DNA from: a virus
Length of the DNA stretch: 64,000 nucleotides
Direction: 5' to 3' (one strand)
Virus record (IMG/VR): IMGVR_UViG_3300045971_000354
Coordinates: 64,001 to 128,000 of that record
Shown: piece by piece, positions 48,301 to 56,957 of the stretch
Layout: each line of letters starts with the position of its first letter
Position numbering within the stretch: the first letter of the stretch is position 1
The notes under the pieces: model-generated
Told to the model about the DNA's origin: nothing
The model's database searches: none
Seen by the model: the letters and a program-made list of their open reading frames with translations, nothing else
Translations under genes and position numbers: made by a program

Positions 48301-51000
48301 AATAAACAAATACGGATCTCCACCTACCTCTTTAGCTTTGTTAATTGTGTAATCAAATAATTGCTCGTGACCAATGTGTCCTACAAAACTTCCAATAGCA
48401 ACTACTGCGGTTTTACTAGAATTTTCACGAGGGCGTTCTGTTCTTGCAGTTGCCTTTGCTGCTAGTTTATCTGCAATAACTTTACGTTGTTCGGTACTAG
48501 TTACTTTAACAGGTCCAAGGCGAGTGTTTAACACTATGCCTTCGTAGTCTTGACCTAATATGTCTTTACCTACAATATTAGGATCTTCGGCAATTGCCTT
48601 TTCTAATGCAAGTTTAACTGGCTGTAATGCCGCAGCAACATCTTGCTTTCGCTTTAGACTACCGGGACTCTTATCAGCTAACATTGCCTTAAATTGTGAT
48701 ATGTTTTCTATTGGAGGAACTAACGCTGTTACATCTAACGCCTCGTTTTGTGTTAAGCTATTATCAATAAACATCACACTACCTAACTTTCCTACGCTAA
48801 GTAGTTCTTTTATGAACTCGTTTGCATTTGGTAATTCTTCGCCAGTATCTGCTTCTACTACTCGAAACGGAACAAGTGCAAGTTGGATACCTGATGGTAA
48901 CTTGTCATAATGTATTCCTACAAACTTTAGCTTTCCTTCCGGAGTTTCAGTTGCAAACGGCAAATATAATACTTCACAAGTTACTTGCTTGTTAAGTAAA
49001 AATTCAGGACCTAACTTGCTGTCGACTAATTTAACAGCATTCATCATCTCAGTGAATAAATCGTCAAACAGTTGAGCTCTTCCTAAAATTTCTGGATCAG
49101 TTGTTCCTTTCTTTTGATGATAGTCTACAAACCCTGCTTGATACCGAGGTGGTGTGTTACTTGTGCCCATGAAAGGCTTCCCGGCAGCATCCTTTCCAAA
49201 GCGCCCGCCAAATCCGTCGACTTTAACATTTAGTGGCATATTCTCCAACTTAAATGCACCATTGCCGTCGTGCAACTCATCTAACAAATCTAAGAAATCT
49301 ATAGTCTTTAGATCTCGTAGATGTGGCATTCCTTTTCTGAGTTGTGCTTTTACTTCTGGTTGCGGAATAGGATCCTTATTATGTTCAGTTCCGATAGCCT
49401 CTGCAACCGGTTGCTTTGCAGCAGACTTTGCTTTGAACTGTTCTTCGTAATTCATTGCTTGCTGCACTGCTTGCTTCCTTGTTTCTTGTCCATTTGCGAG
49501 TTTTAATGGCTTATGACCGTCACCGCCTAATACCATTATATCAAGTGCTGCTAGCTTTGTATCACGATCCCTAACTGGATCATCTTTTGTAATCATTTGG
49601 GCTTGCTGCCCAAATAAAATATCAATAAAATGTTGTGCAACTGCTTCGCGTTGTGTATCATCTAAATATCTGTTCATTAGATCTATTGTACCAACAAAGC
49701 TTTGTTGTAATTTTAAATCCTGAGCTTTTGGTTTTACACCGTAAACTTTCTGAAACTGCGATGAAAGATTTTGATCGTAGCTGCGTTGTGAAGGTTCGAG
49801 CAACTGCATAACAGGAATGCCGTCTTTTTCCATCGGTTGATTTGTTTCCGGATCGATGTATGGCTGATACTTTGAACTTAGACCACCGCCTTGTGCGCTT
49901 GTTACTGCAAACGAATAATCTGCATCAGTAACTGGTTCAGGGCTAATTTTTGTGCTCTTCTTTAAAACACGAGCAACATATTTTGTACTTGCTTGTGATG
50001 TAGGCAATGCACGGTTAATCCATTTGTGGAATACACCCTTGATGCCTGATGCCATATCGTCGTAATGAGAACTATGACTGTATGCAAACCAGTCAGATGG
50101 TTCATTCTTTTCTTTGTTATATGGTCCAAGCTCGTAGTCAATTTGAATCTTAACTGGCGGCTCATCTAGCATCCATAATGCAGATAGCGATGAATTAAAC
50201 CCGACAAATGTTCCATTACCGATCTTTTGACCTACAATAGATTTCAACCATGCAGCTACATCGTCGCCAATTTCTTGATCAACTTGCGTGTCGATGTCGC
50301 CGACTTTTACTTTCTTTAGCTTATTCATAAAGTCTTGAGTGCTAACACTCTTGACATCGAAAAACTGTAAACTGCTTCCACTGAACATTTTTCCAGATGC
50401 GATTAGCTTCGGATCCCAAATAGGACGTCCGTATGTTGCAGCAAACGAATCATTTTGCGCAGAAAGTAGTTCTCTGATCTTTCCTACCATGAAATCACGA
50501 TTATGCAATTTCAAATCAATTTCTTCGGCCTCGTGTTCTCCGGGCATACCTTGCCAACCGGGGCTTGTGTTTGATAAATTTCCACCTTCGCTAATTGCTT
50601 TTGCACTTAAAAATTCAGGATGCAGTTTATTAAACTCTCGCATAATAATGCCCGCGGCGATGTGAGCATCGTTTTCAGTTTGTGATCCTGTACTTGGATC
50701 CATTTTATCACCGTCAACGAATTGCTTTGCATGATGTAACTCGTGAGCTAATGTACGTAGACTATCTACTGGTTGACGATTACCTATAGCTAACTGAATT
50801 GTATAATTGTCTGGATTAAACTGCCCCATTGTTGGTTGCTGGGAATCTTGAATCTTCTTCTTCAAGATAATAGTCGGTAGCTTATCTAATTTTGTAATTT
50901 TCTTTGCAATAGGTAAGAATACGCGCAATATATCGTTGAAATCGTATTCACGAGATTCAGTTATCTTATTAAACTGAGTAACAAAATCATTTAATTTCAT
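45343..51000 (-). CDS. 1,885-aa multidomain polyprotein: zincin-like HExxH, Pol-beta-like NTase, ligase-like KxDG, HIGH nucleotidyltransferase, further modules
   Basis: RTLAHELHH; GSS...GDIDTQVD...QID; NVKVDG...YEGIVL..VK; GSFVGHIGH...VGEDR...SFTKLR. Confidence 0.7.
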   Translation of the reverse strand: MKLNDFVTQFNKITESREYDFNDILRVFLPIAKKITKLDKLPTIILKKKIQDSQQPTMGQFNPDNYTIQLAIGNRQPVDSLRTLAHELHHAKQFVDGDKMDPSTGSQTENDAHIAAGIIMREFNKLHPEFLSAKAISEGGNLSNTSPGWQGMPGEHEAEEIDLKLHNRDFMVGKIRELLSAQNDSFAATYGRPIWDPKLIASGKMFSGSSLQFFDVKSVSTQDFMNKLKKVKVGDIDTQVDQEIGDDVAAWLKSIVGQKIGNGTFVGFNSSLSALWMLDEPPVKIQIDYELGPYNKEKNEPSDWFAYSHSSHYDDMASGIKGVFHKWINRALPTSQASTKYVARVLKKSTKISPEPVTDADYSFAVTSAQGGGLSSKYQPYIDPETNQPMEKDGIPVMQLLEPSQRSYDQNLSSQFQKVYGVKPKAQDLKLQQSFVGTIDLMNRYLDDTQREAVAQHFIDILFGQQAQMITKDDPVRDRDTKLAALDIMVLGGDGHKPLKLANGQETRKQAVQQAMNYEEQFKAKSAAKQPVAEAIGTEHNKDPIPQPEVKAQLRKGMPHLRDLKTIDFLDLLDELHDGNGAFKLENMPLNVKVDGFGGRFGKDAAGKPFMGTSNTPPRYQAGFVDYHQKKGTTDPEILGRAQLFDDLFTEMMNAVKLVDSKLGPEFLLNKQVTCEVLYLPFATETPEGKLKFVGIHYDKLPSGIQLALVPFRVVEADTGEELPNANEFIKELLSVGKLGSVMFIDNSLTQNEALDVTALVPPIENISQFKAMLADKSPGSLKRKQDVAAALQPVKLALEKAIAEDPNIVGKDILGQDYEGIVLNTRLGPVKVTSTEQRKVIADKLAAKATARTERPRENSSKTAVVAIGSFVGHIGHEQLFDYTINKAKEVGGDPYLFIGNAEGKDDPIPPAVKVQTWHKMYPQYASNISTVQDSGSLIQKIKHELINPLPGKPPRYDNIIIMVGEDRANMNIANALMKAVNKFQGYEHVKVSLEVTPRGTGMSFTKLRNILKDPNATPEQQFQVWSQGFDIKKLGADWIKHLMDLTKKGMGVQDIPQQPAAPAAPAVTPAGSPVAEMRLFNALTMPHLTNFQAIISEDFDNIPLEPIWEEQEEDLRQELLKTPKLFENSADYKNLQNFLKIYSNAPIVGKSYVYTSITSMLPAHLLSVAHFDQPYKLLRYTSGKVIFEINGVKKQFPEGNSVEGDLLKTVLFFPTINDLEKFKTMLGLKFSEWSLKNKIITHTVKEYQDRMAGVGIGNYIVDEGPELKSTLRAISNDIGEPVLQLYATMKQMAKQFYASKGDLKGFQMVAAGAASRWYNNFYFNKLGKELRHLAQQSPRHAAPLNDFLGTLPKNFSALADQLPEILAQMGQKIGDQELARKAQLWIKAKQDFRNYLSELEASGEEDDYDDEPVAKSPKNPAIGQQAGHAEQIVNDVLSKLPSKIAGDIRNAIARAPNKLQALQAELQKRGVKVPMGEGKISELTIDKLLKYKKDLKDSPAPTSLRKGINRVNGKRSAEEKIHAKQVDAALKLKGDPRMAESYTAFYVKELTVDEIVNYVQKSLIPEMRKCGVPIGPHTHFTRLSSAVFEGISKVVDSGKQFLETFKKLDQRKNMQINVGTSVSILNLQLSQDNAELFGFRTPKQITKIYREPTDKKIIQLEFNNDPEDVWPRQPLASYNGNLIMTSAFFPDATSLDKALSMLMLSKPNDITIRKSISENIAESTSAKLRLAKAVQNSQGKTAARQSRSVIPSSIPKKEEPKKTESFPIAAATGVMTRSLPGNTQKNSPHITKSKSTATPAFTAKMQARHDAATGKKSEAMLPKSAFSGSDKNKLGTAGQLRNQKRGAKAGDLVGAESVESKGVKIGEGWETQIASLLEQLKQK

Positions 51001-51380
51001 ATCTTATACTCGCCTTTGATAATGTCTTTGTGGTGATGGTCTGCTAGGCGTTTGCATAACTCGATAAAAAACTCTTTAGTAAATGTATCAGCTGGATGCC
51101 CCTTCACTTCTTTATCCTTGTAATATTCTAAGCAGCCTTCTTTGGCCATTGGCAACCATCTCTTCCAATCGTGCCCGCTTATTTTGTCATCCTTCTTGTG
51201 CGCTGCTTTAATTTCCTTTGCATGTGGGAGGAAATGTTTCTTGTGTAGATCGTCGCTATCCAATATATGCCAAAATACAGCATCTGCAATTTTGCGTTCT
51301 TCTTCTTTTCCTAGGGTATCGGGATTACTATCCGGGTCAGAATCGTGTTTTATATTGCCAAAAAATTCAAATAGTCTCAT
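50997..51380 (-). CDS. Hypothetical protein, probable head-associated
   Basis: MRLFEFF N-terminus; late motif TAAATA at 51408-51413. Confidence 0.65.
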   Translation of the reverse strand: MRLFEFFGNIKHDSDPDSNPDTLGKEEERKIADAVFWHILDSDDLHKKHFLPHAKEIKAAHKKDDKISGHDWKRWLPMAKEGCLEYYKDKEVKGHPADTFTKEFFIELCKRLADHHHKDIIKGEYKI

Positions 51381-51416
51381 ATTAGCTCACAAGTAGTTAT
51401 TACCCTATATTTAGCG

Positions 51417-51884
51417 TTAAAAGTTTAGTGTGGCAGAATGTAGTGTGCCGCGGCTAAAGTCCATGCGTATGCGCAGCCATGCATAATTTCCCGTAAATTC
51501 TTTTAGATTTGTTTGTACAGGGTGGCTAATCGCACCACTAAATCCGCCGCTAATCCCTGCACCTCCAGTAGTTTCTAGACCTACATAGATTTGTTTCGTT
51601 TCTGCAATATCGACCCATTCTGCATCAACAGGATTCGGGTATAAGCTAGCTTGTACTAGCAATGACCCCATAAAACTTCCTTCAATAACGTATTGAATGG
51701 AATGAAGTACGCTTCCTAGCCCGTAGTACCCGCCCGCTTTTTCTTTTACGCTATACAATGTTAGCACAGGATCGGGTTTCCTGCCATCTACCATCTGTGG
51801 GAATGTTAGCCCTACTTGGGATGTGTGGGTATTTTTAGTCGACCACGGATTGTAAAATTCAAACGGTTTGCTTATTAATGGCAT
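51417..51884 (-). CDS. Hypothetical (likely virion beta-sandwich) protein
   Basis: GYYG...HSIQY..F.G....QASL...P...W..I...FTGNY.WLR; late motif at 51903-51908. Confidence 0.6.
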   Translation of the reverse strand: MPLISKPFEFYNPWSTKNTHTSQVGLTFPQMVDGRKPDPVLTLYSVKEKAGGYYGLGSVLHSIQYVIEGSFMGSLLVQASLYPNPVDAEWVDIAETKQIYVGLETTGGAGISGGFSGAISHPVQTNLKEFTGNYAWLRIRMDFSRGTLHSATLNF

Positions 51885-51916
51885 GTTTGTTCCTAGATAA
51901 ACTATTTACCAGCTTT

Positions 51917-52582
51917 CTAAGTATCTCTAAGAACGAACTCCTCTGCTCTCTTTACATACTTGCCTAAAAACAAGCTTACTAACAATAAGTGCGATTTATC
52001 ATGTACATATAAGAAGGGCCCTTGATAAAATCGTCGCCCTTTCCCGTCTAACCACTGTAATGTAGTCTTGCTTGCTTGGATAGTTTCTGGATAGTTATCT
52101 AACCATTTGAGAAAACTAGCCCGTTGGTGCTCAGGAAATGCAGGTCTTATATATACTCTATGCTTAAATTTACTCTGCGGAAGTTTGTTACACAACACCT
52201 GCGCTGATTTTTCTTGCAATGTTGCTAACTCTGTATCATTTGCAGGTGCAGATATACTTTTGACCCAATATGCCAACTCTTTCTTTATTTCTTCAAATTG
52301 TACAGGGTCATTTAGATACATTGTTATTGTATCATGTTCTACTCTGAGTTTTAGCCCTATATTTAGATATGGCTCTACATCATTTACAAATTGCAGCAAT
52401 GTCGGTTTGTTAATATGGACAGTTCGACTATTCCCAGCACTTGCATCTAATGTAGAGCCTGTACAAAACAATTTAGTTTTTTCAAGGCCCCAGTATCGTA
52501 AAAACGATGCTCCGTAGGTTTTTAGCTCTATACGGTAAGCCCACTTACCGTAATAAAGCTTATTTGTCTGAAAGACTTTCAT
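51917..52582 (-). CDS. Hypothetical protein
   Basis: 221-aa ORF overlapping clpA end. Confidence 0.6.
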   Translation of the reverse strand: MKVFQTNKLYYGKWAYRIELKTYGASFLRYWGLEKTKLFCTGSTLDASAGNSRTVHINKPTLLQFVNDVEPYLNIGLKLRVEHDTITMYLNDPVQFEEIKKELAYWVKSISAPANDTELATLQEKSAQVLCNKLPQSKFKHRVYIRPAFPEHQRASFLKWLDNYPETIQASKTTLQWLDGKGRRFYQGPFLYVHDKSHLLLVSLFLGKYVKRAEEFVLRDT

Positions 52583-54845
52583 CTTCAGTTTCTACCGCAG
52601 ATACCTTAGTCTTTGCAGACAATACTTCAATGAATTTAAAGGTAAATGCATCGTCAACAGCATCAATTTCAACGATTCCGCCAGCAACTAGTTTTCCGAA
52701 CAAAATTTCCTTGCTCAATGGCTTCTTAATATGTTCATCAATAGCACGGCCTAGCGGTCTTGCACCCATCTTCTTGTTAAAGCCCTTCTTAATTAACAGT
52801 TCAACGGCATCGGGGGTTGGCTTGATATGAACATTCTTATCCTTAATTTGCGCATTTAACTCGTCAATGAACTTCTTAACAATCTTAATCATTGTAGTCT
52901 GATCAAGTTTGCCAAACTGGATGACTCCGTCTAACCGATTGCGGAATTCAGGCTTAAAGAATGTGTTAACAGCAGCGTTAATTTCACCGTCTCGCTCTTG
53001 ACTACCAAAACCCACGGCGTTTTTCTCTTGATCAGATGCACCTAAGTTACTTGTTAAAATAACAATAGCATTCCGTCCGTCTGCTTTCTTACCGTTACTT
53101 CCAGTTACAAAGCCGTTATCCATCAACCCAAGCAAGATGTTGCTTACACTAGGATGTGCTTTTTCAATTTCATCAAGTAACAAGACGCAGTTAGGATGTT
53201 CTTGTAGTTTAGTTACAAGTTGTCCGGCATTATCTTCAAATCCGACATACCCGGGAGGAGCCCCAATGAACTTTGCAACACTATGTGACTCCTGGAACTC
53301 GCTCATGTCAAATCGGACTAGTTCAACTCCTAGTGATGCAGCAAGTACCTTTGCGGTTTCTGTCTTCCCGCAGCCCGTCGGGCCGACGAACAAGAAATTA
53401 CCAACAGGCTTATTATGCGACTTCAGTCCAGCTTGTGAGATATAGATCTTATCTAGCAGAATATCAATAGCTTTGTCTTGGCCGAATACTTTGCCGTGCA
53501 TATTCTTATCAAGATTCTTAAGATTTTGATTTTCTTTTGCAGCAACTTGTTCAAGCGGCAAATTAGCAATCTTAGCAACTTCAAAAACAATTTCGTCGTG
53601 ATCAACAATCCCGTTCTCTTCATCACGGACCTTAAAACGAGCACATGCACTATCAATCAGATCGATTGCTTTGTCGGGCAATTTCTTGTCGGTCATATAT
53701 TTGACAGAATATCGCACACTATCAATGACTGCTTGGTTAGTGATCTTTACACTGTGATGCTTTTCGTAATATTTCTTAAGGCCCTTGATAATTTTAATAG
53801 CCATTGCTTCGCTTGGTTCATCAATTACTACCCGTTGGAACCGGCGCATTAGTGCACGATCCTTTTCAAAGTGCTTGCGGAACTCGTCCCAAGTAGTTGA
53901 TGCAATAACTTTTAATGTGCCCTTTGACAATGCAGGCTTTAGCATATTGCTCATATCGTTTGAGCTTCCACTAACTGCACCGGCACCACTCATCATGTGT
54001 GCTTCGTCAATAAACAGAATACAATTCTTTTTCTTTTCCAACGCAGTAATGACTAGCTTCAGACGTTCTTCAAAGTCGCCACGATATTTAGATCCAGCAA
54101 GCATCGCTCCGATATCTAGACTATAAACAACATGTTCTTTGATATACTTTGGAACTGAACCTTCTACAATCTTACGAGCAAGCCCTTCTGCAATTGCAGT
54201 CTTTCCTACGCCAGGCTCGCCGATCATCATTACGTTTGACTTTTGTCGACGTGCAAGAACAAGTTGAATTTCTTCGATTTCTTTCTCACGACCGATTACT
54301 GGATCAATCTTCTTTTGCTTAACTTTAGCATTCAAGTTTGTGCAAAACTGTACAATAACCTTTTCGAGATTTGCATGAACTGCCTCTTCGTTTACTGAGT
54401 CCATGTCATCTGCTTTTTCTTTTGTGATAAATTCTAGGAACTCGTCTTTATCAATGTTCGCTTCTCGCATATAGTATGCAGCATGGCTTTTCTTTTCCGA
54501 GAACAAACTAATAAAGCAATCAATAGGTTCAATAATTGAGCGACCAGTAAACAGTACCTGAGTAAACGCACGATTCAACATACGCTCCATTGAGTGGGTT
54601 TTTCGTGGTTTAATATCCGGGTCAGTAGTTACGATATCAGTAAACTTTTCATCGATATGCTGTTCTACCGCAGCTTTTAGCGACTTTACATTAGTGCCGA
54701 ACTCGTCTAACAGCTTTTCAAACTTTGCATCTGTAACAAGCCCGTAAAGGAAATGTTCTAGAGTGATATATTCGTGATTGCGCTTCGATGCGGATTTTAC
54801 AGCTTGTTCGAAAATTACTTCCAAGTCTGAATTTGGTTCTAACAT
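52560..54845 (-). CDS. clpA: ATP-dependent Clp protease ATPase subunit ClpA
   Basis: N-domain HEYITLEH; NBD1 GEPGVGKT/LFIDEAH; NBD2 GPTGCGKTE/RFDMSEF/GAPPGYVG; VGF ClpP-docking loop; no ClpB middle domain. Confidence 0.92.
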   Translation of the reverse strand: MLEPNSDLEVIFEQAVKSASKRNHEYITLEHFLYGLVTDAKFEKLLDEFGTNVKSLKAAVEQHIDEKFTDIVTTDPDIKPRKTHSMERMLNRAFTQVLFTGRSIIEPIDCFISLFSEKKSHAAYYMREANIDKDEFLEFITKEKADDMDSVNEEAVHANLEKVIVQFCTNLNAKVKQKKIDPVIGREKEIEEIQLVLARRQKSNVMMIGEPGVGKTAIAEGLARKIVEGSVPKYIKEHVVYSLDIGAMLAGSKYRGDFEERLKLVITALEKKKNCILFIDEAHMMSGAGAVSGSSNDMSNMLKPALSKGTLKVIASTTWDEFRKHFEKDRALMRRFQRVVIDEPSEAMAIKIIKGLKKYYEKHHSVKITNQAVIDSVRYSVKYMTDKKLPDKAIDLIDSACARFKVRDEENGIVDHDEIVFEVAKIANLPLEQVAAKENQNLKNLDKNMHGKVFGQDKAIDILLDKIYISQAGLKSHNKPVGNFLFVGPTGCGKTETAKVLAASLGVELVRFDMSEFQESHSVAKFIGAPPGYVGFEDNAGQLVTKLQEHPNCVLLLDEIEKAHPSVSNILLGLMDNGFVTGSNGKKADGRNAIVILTSNLGASDQEKNAVGFGSQERDGEINAAVNTFFKPEFRNRLDGVIQFGKLDQTTMIKIVKKFIDELNAQIKDKNVHIKPTPDAVELLIKKGFNKKMGARPLGRAIDEHIKKPLSKEILFGKLVAGGIVEIDAVDDAFTFKFIEVLSAKTKVSAVETEDESLSDK

Positions 54846-54846
54846 T

Positions 54847-55335
54847 TTATTTCCTTTTAGATTTTTTAATACCGAGAGCCCATTTTAACGGGCTGACCCT
54901 ATCCTGAAACACTACACCTTCCAAATGATCAAGTTCGTGCAAAAAGCATTTACATTCGTATCCTGTAAATTCTGATTCTACAAACTCGCCCTTAGCATTC
55001 TGCCATCGTGCCTTAATTGCCTTTGGTCTTTTTATTTTAACATAAACTCCGGGAAAACTCAAGCATCCTTCTTCTAAATCTTCGATGTCGTCTGTATTTG
55101 CGATAACTTCTGGATTAAAGAAAGCGATACTATTTTCAGGTTTAAACCGATGCCCCATTACAAATACTCTAGCCTCAATGCCCACTTGATTTGCCGCAAG
55201 CCCGATGCCGTCGTGCTTAATCATTGCATCTTTCATATCTTGTTCAAGTTGTTCTGGGTCCGTTGACGGACTAGTGAAATCGAACTCGGGCATTCTCTTT
55301 CGAAGAATTGGATCTGGGAATTTTACAATTTTCAT
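54847..55335 (-). CDS. def: Peptide deformylase
   Basis: [21 protein letters not shown] motifs. Confidence 0.95.
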   Translation of the reverse strand: MKIVKFPDPILRKRMPEFDFTSPSTDPEQLEQDMKDAMIKHDGIGLAANQVGIEARVFVMGHRFKPENSIAFFNPEVIANTDDIEDLEEGCLSFPGVYVKIKRPKAIKARWQNAKGEFVESEFTGYECKCFLHELDHLEGVVFQDRVSPLKWALGIKKSKRK

Positions 55336-56147
55336 TTTATATCTAATTCTCTTAGTTTAATTTGTTGGTCTTCAGTTAGCATTGGAATACGCATATTAAG
55401 TCTAACTAGTATTCTTCCCCTTCTCGAAGGATCATTAAAGTTAGGCATTCCGTACCCCTGTAATGCTAGCACTGAATTGTTTTGTGTACCTGCAGGAATA
55501 ATTGCTTCTAAATACTTGTTATCGATACTGGATAGATTAATAGTCTTTCCGAGCATTGCATCTATGCAGCTTAGTTCGATTTCTTGAACTAGATCATCGC
55601 CCTGCCGAGTATATGTGTGATGTTCTGAAATTTGCACATTTAGCATTATATCTCCACGAGGGAGATTCGAGATCGAATCATCGCCCATTCCTGCTAACCG
55701 TAGTGTTTGGTTAGTATGGATGCCCCTTGGAATATTAATACTTAGGGTTTGATCGCGTCCGCTTGGCAATGTTATATTTACAACCATTTCTTTACCATTA
55801 AACGCATCTTCTAATGATATAACTGTTTGTAGTTGTAATGCGCGATTTTGTTGCCGTTGTGGATGACGACTAAACCCAAACAAATCCCCAAACGGACTTC
55901 CGTGCCCGAACATTGACTCGAAGTCACCGGGGAACCCGTGGTGATGCGACTGCTGTCGAGGATTATCGTGTTCTGCTCGTTTTTGTGGATCGCTTAGTGT
56001 AGCATAAGCTTCTTGAATTTCTTGAAACTTTGCAGTATCGCCGCCTTTATCGGGGTGATGTTTACTCGCAAGACTGCGAAATGCTTTTTTGATTTCGTCT
56101 TCGGATGCTGATCTCTCAACTCCTAGGGTTTGATAATAGTCCTTCAT
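55332..56147 (-). CDS. DnaJ-class co-chaperone (type II/CbpA-like, no Zn finger)
   Basis: J-domain DYY..LG...HHPDK; G/F region; C-terminal DnaJ domain. Confidence 0.92.
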   Translation of the reverse strand: MKDYYQTLGVERSASEDEIKKAFRSLASKHHPDKGGDTAKFQEIQEAYATLSDPQKRAEHDNPRQQSHHHGFPGDFESMFGHGSPFGDLFGFSRHPQRQQNRALQLQTVISLEDAFNGKEMVVNITLPSGRDQTLSINIPRGIHTNQTLRLAGMGDDSISNLPRGDIMLNVQISEHHTYTRQGDDLVQEIELSCIDAMLGKTINLSSIDNKYLEAIIPAGTQNNSVLALQGYGMPNFNDPSRRGRILVRLNMRIPMLTEDQQIKLRELDIK

Positions 56148-56154
56148 TGTAATA

Positions 56155-56183
56155 ATTATACTACCTTTGAAGGACTATGTCAA
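56155..56183 (-). promoter_or_regulatory. Perfect sigma70 promoter TTGACA-17-TATAAT, 7 nt before dnaJ ATG (leaderless)
   Basis: TTGACA tagtccttcaaaggtag TATAAT tattaca ATG. Confidence 0.85.
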
Positions 56184-56196
56184 TGATCCGGCTCTG

Positions 56197-56514
56197 TTAC
56201 TTTACCATTGTGTCTACATTCGGAGAGTTCATTGCTGTAATCTTCTCTTGGCCTCTACTCCATGCAGCAACACCTAGAACTGCACCCATTGCCATGTGAA
56301 AAAATCCACCAGACTTCAATGTAATAGGATCCCACTGAACTAGTGTGTTATGAACAACTCCTTGTGCGCCAGTCCATAAGATTGGAAACACAATGAAATC
56401 AAATATGCAAACAGCCATGTACATCCACCCCATTGCAGGACGCCATTTTGCAGACATCCAATCAGATGACGGTAATGAACCGACGATATGTGTATTAGGA
56501 TCTATTTCTGCCAT
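56197..56514 (-). CDS. Holin-like membrane protein (3TM/GTA-holin-like)
   Basis: WRPAMGWMY...C.FDF...GAVLGVAAWSRGQEK; next to spanins. Confidence 0.65.
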   Translation of the reverse strand: MAEIDPNTHIVGSLPSSDWMSAKWRPAMGWMYMAVCIFDFIVFPILWTGAQGVVHNTLVQWDPITLKSGGFFHMAMGAVLGVAAWSRGQEKITAMNSPNVDTMVK

Positions 56515-56517
56515 AAC

Positions 56518-56634
56518 TTACTTCTTTGCTAACCAAGCTTGTACTTTTTCTTGAACAATCTTTGCCCAAAACGGTTGAGGGAAATTCCATCCAACAAACG
56601 CACCTACTAAAATCCACATAATTGTATCCGTCAT
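56518..56634 (-). CDS. 38-aa single-TM protein (not in ORF track)
   Basis: MTDTIMWILVGAFVGWNFPQPFWAK...; SD AGGAGA; TATAAATA at 56654-56661. Confidence 0.7.
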   Translation of the reverse strand: MTDTIMWILVGAFVGWNFPQPFWAKIVQEKVQAWLAKK

Positions 56635-56672
56635 AATAGTTCTCCTATATGCTTATTTATAGGTTTTACCGG

Positions 56673-56957
56673 TTATTTTGGCGGTGCGTTAAAGATTTCT
56701 TTTTGGTCGTTATACCATTTAATCCAATTATCTACTTCGATCTTGCATTCGCTATATTGTGCATAGTTATCTTTAACTACGCTTAACACAGTACTAAACT
56801 TCGTAGTGCCTTCTTCGATTAACTTTAAATCAGGGCATGCAACCATTAGTTCCTTTGGAACATCTGGAAATTTTTTATCTACTGACGGGACTTTAGGTAT
56901 GGTCCCCCAACAGCCCGCTAGCATCATTACAGCTAATAGGATTGATACTCTTTTCAT
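56673..56957 (-). CDS. Outer-membrane lipoprotein, o-spanin-like
   Basis: Signal peptide with lipobox LAGC, Pro-rich, two further Cys. Confidence 0.7.
   Translation of the reverse strand: MKRVSILLAVMMLAGCWGTIPKVPSVDKKFPDVPKELMVACPDLKLIEEGTTKFSTVLSVVKDNYAQYSECKIEVDNWIKWYNDQKEIFNAPPK

Noticed and set aside
52560-56147. Bacterial contamination or chimera suggested by clpA, def, dnaJ
   Set aside because: Same composition, tight coupling and promoter style as flanking phage genes; no junction visible
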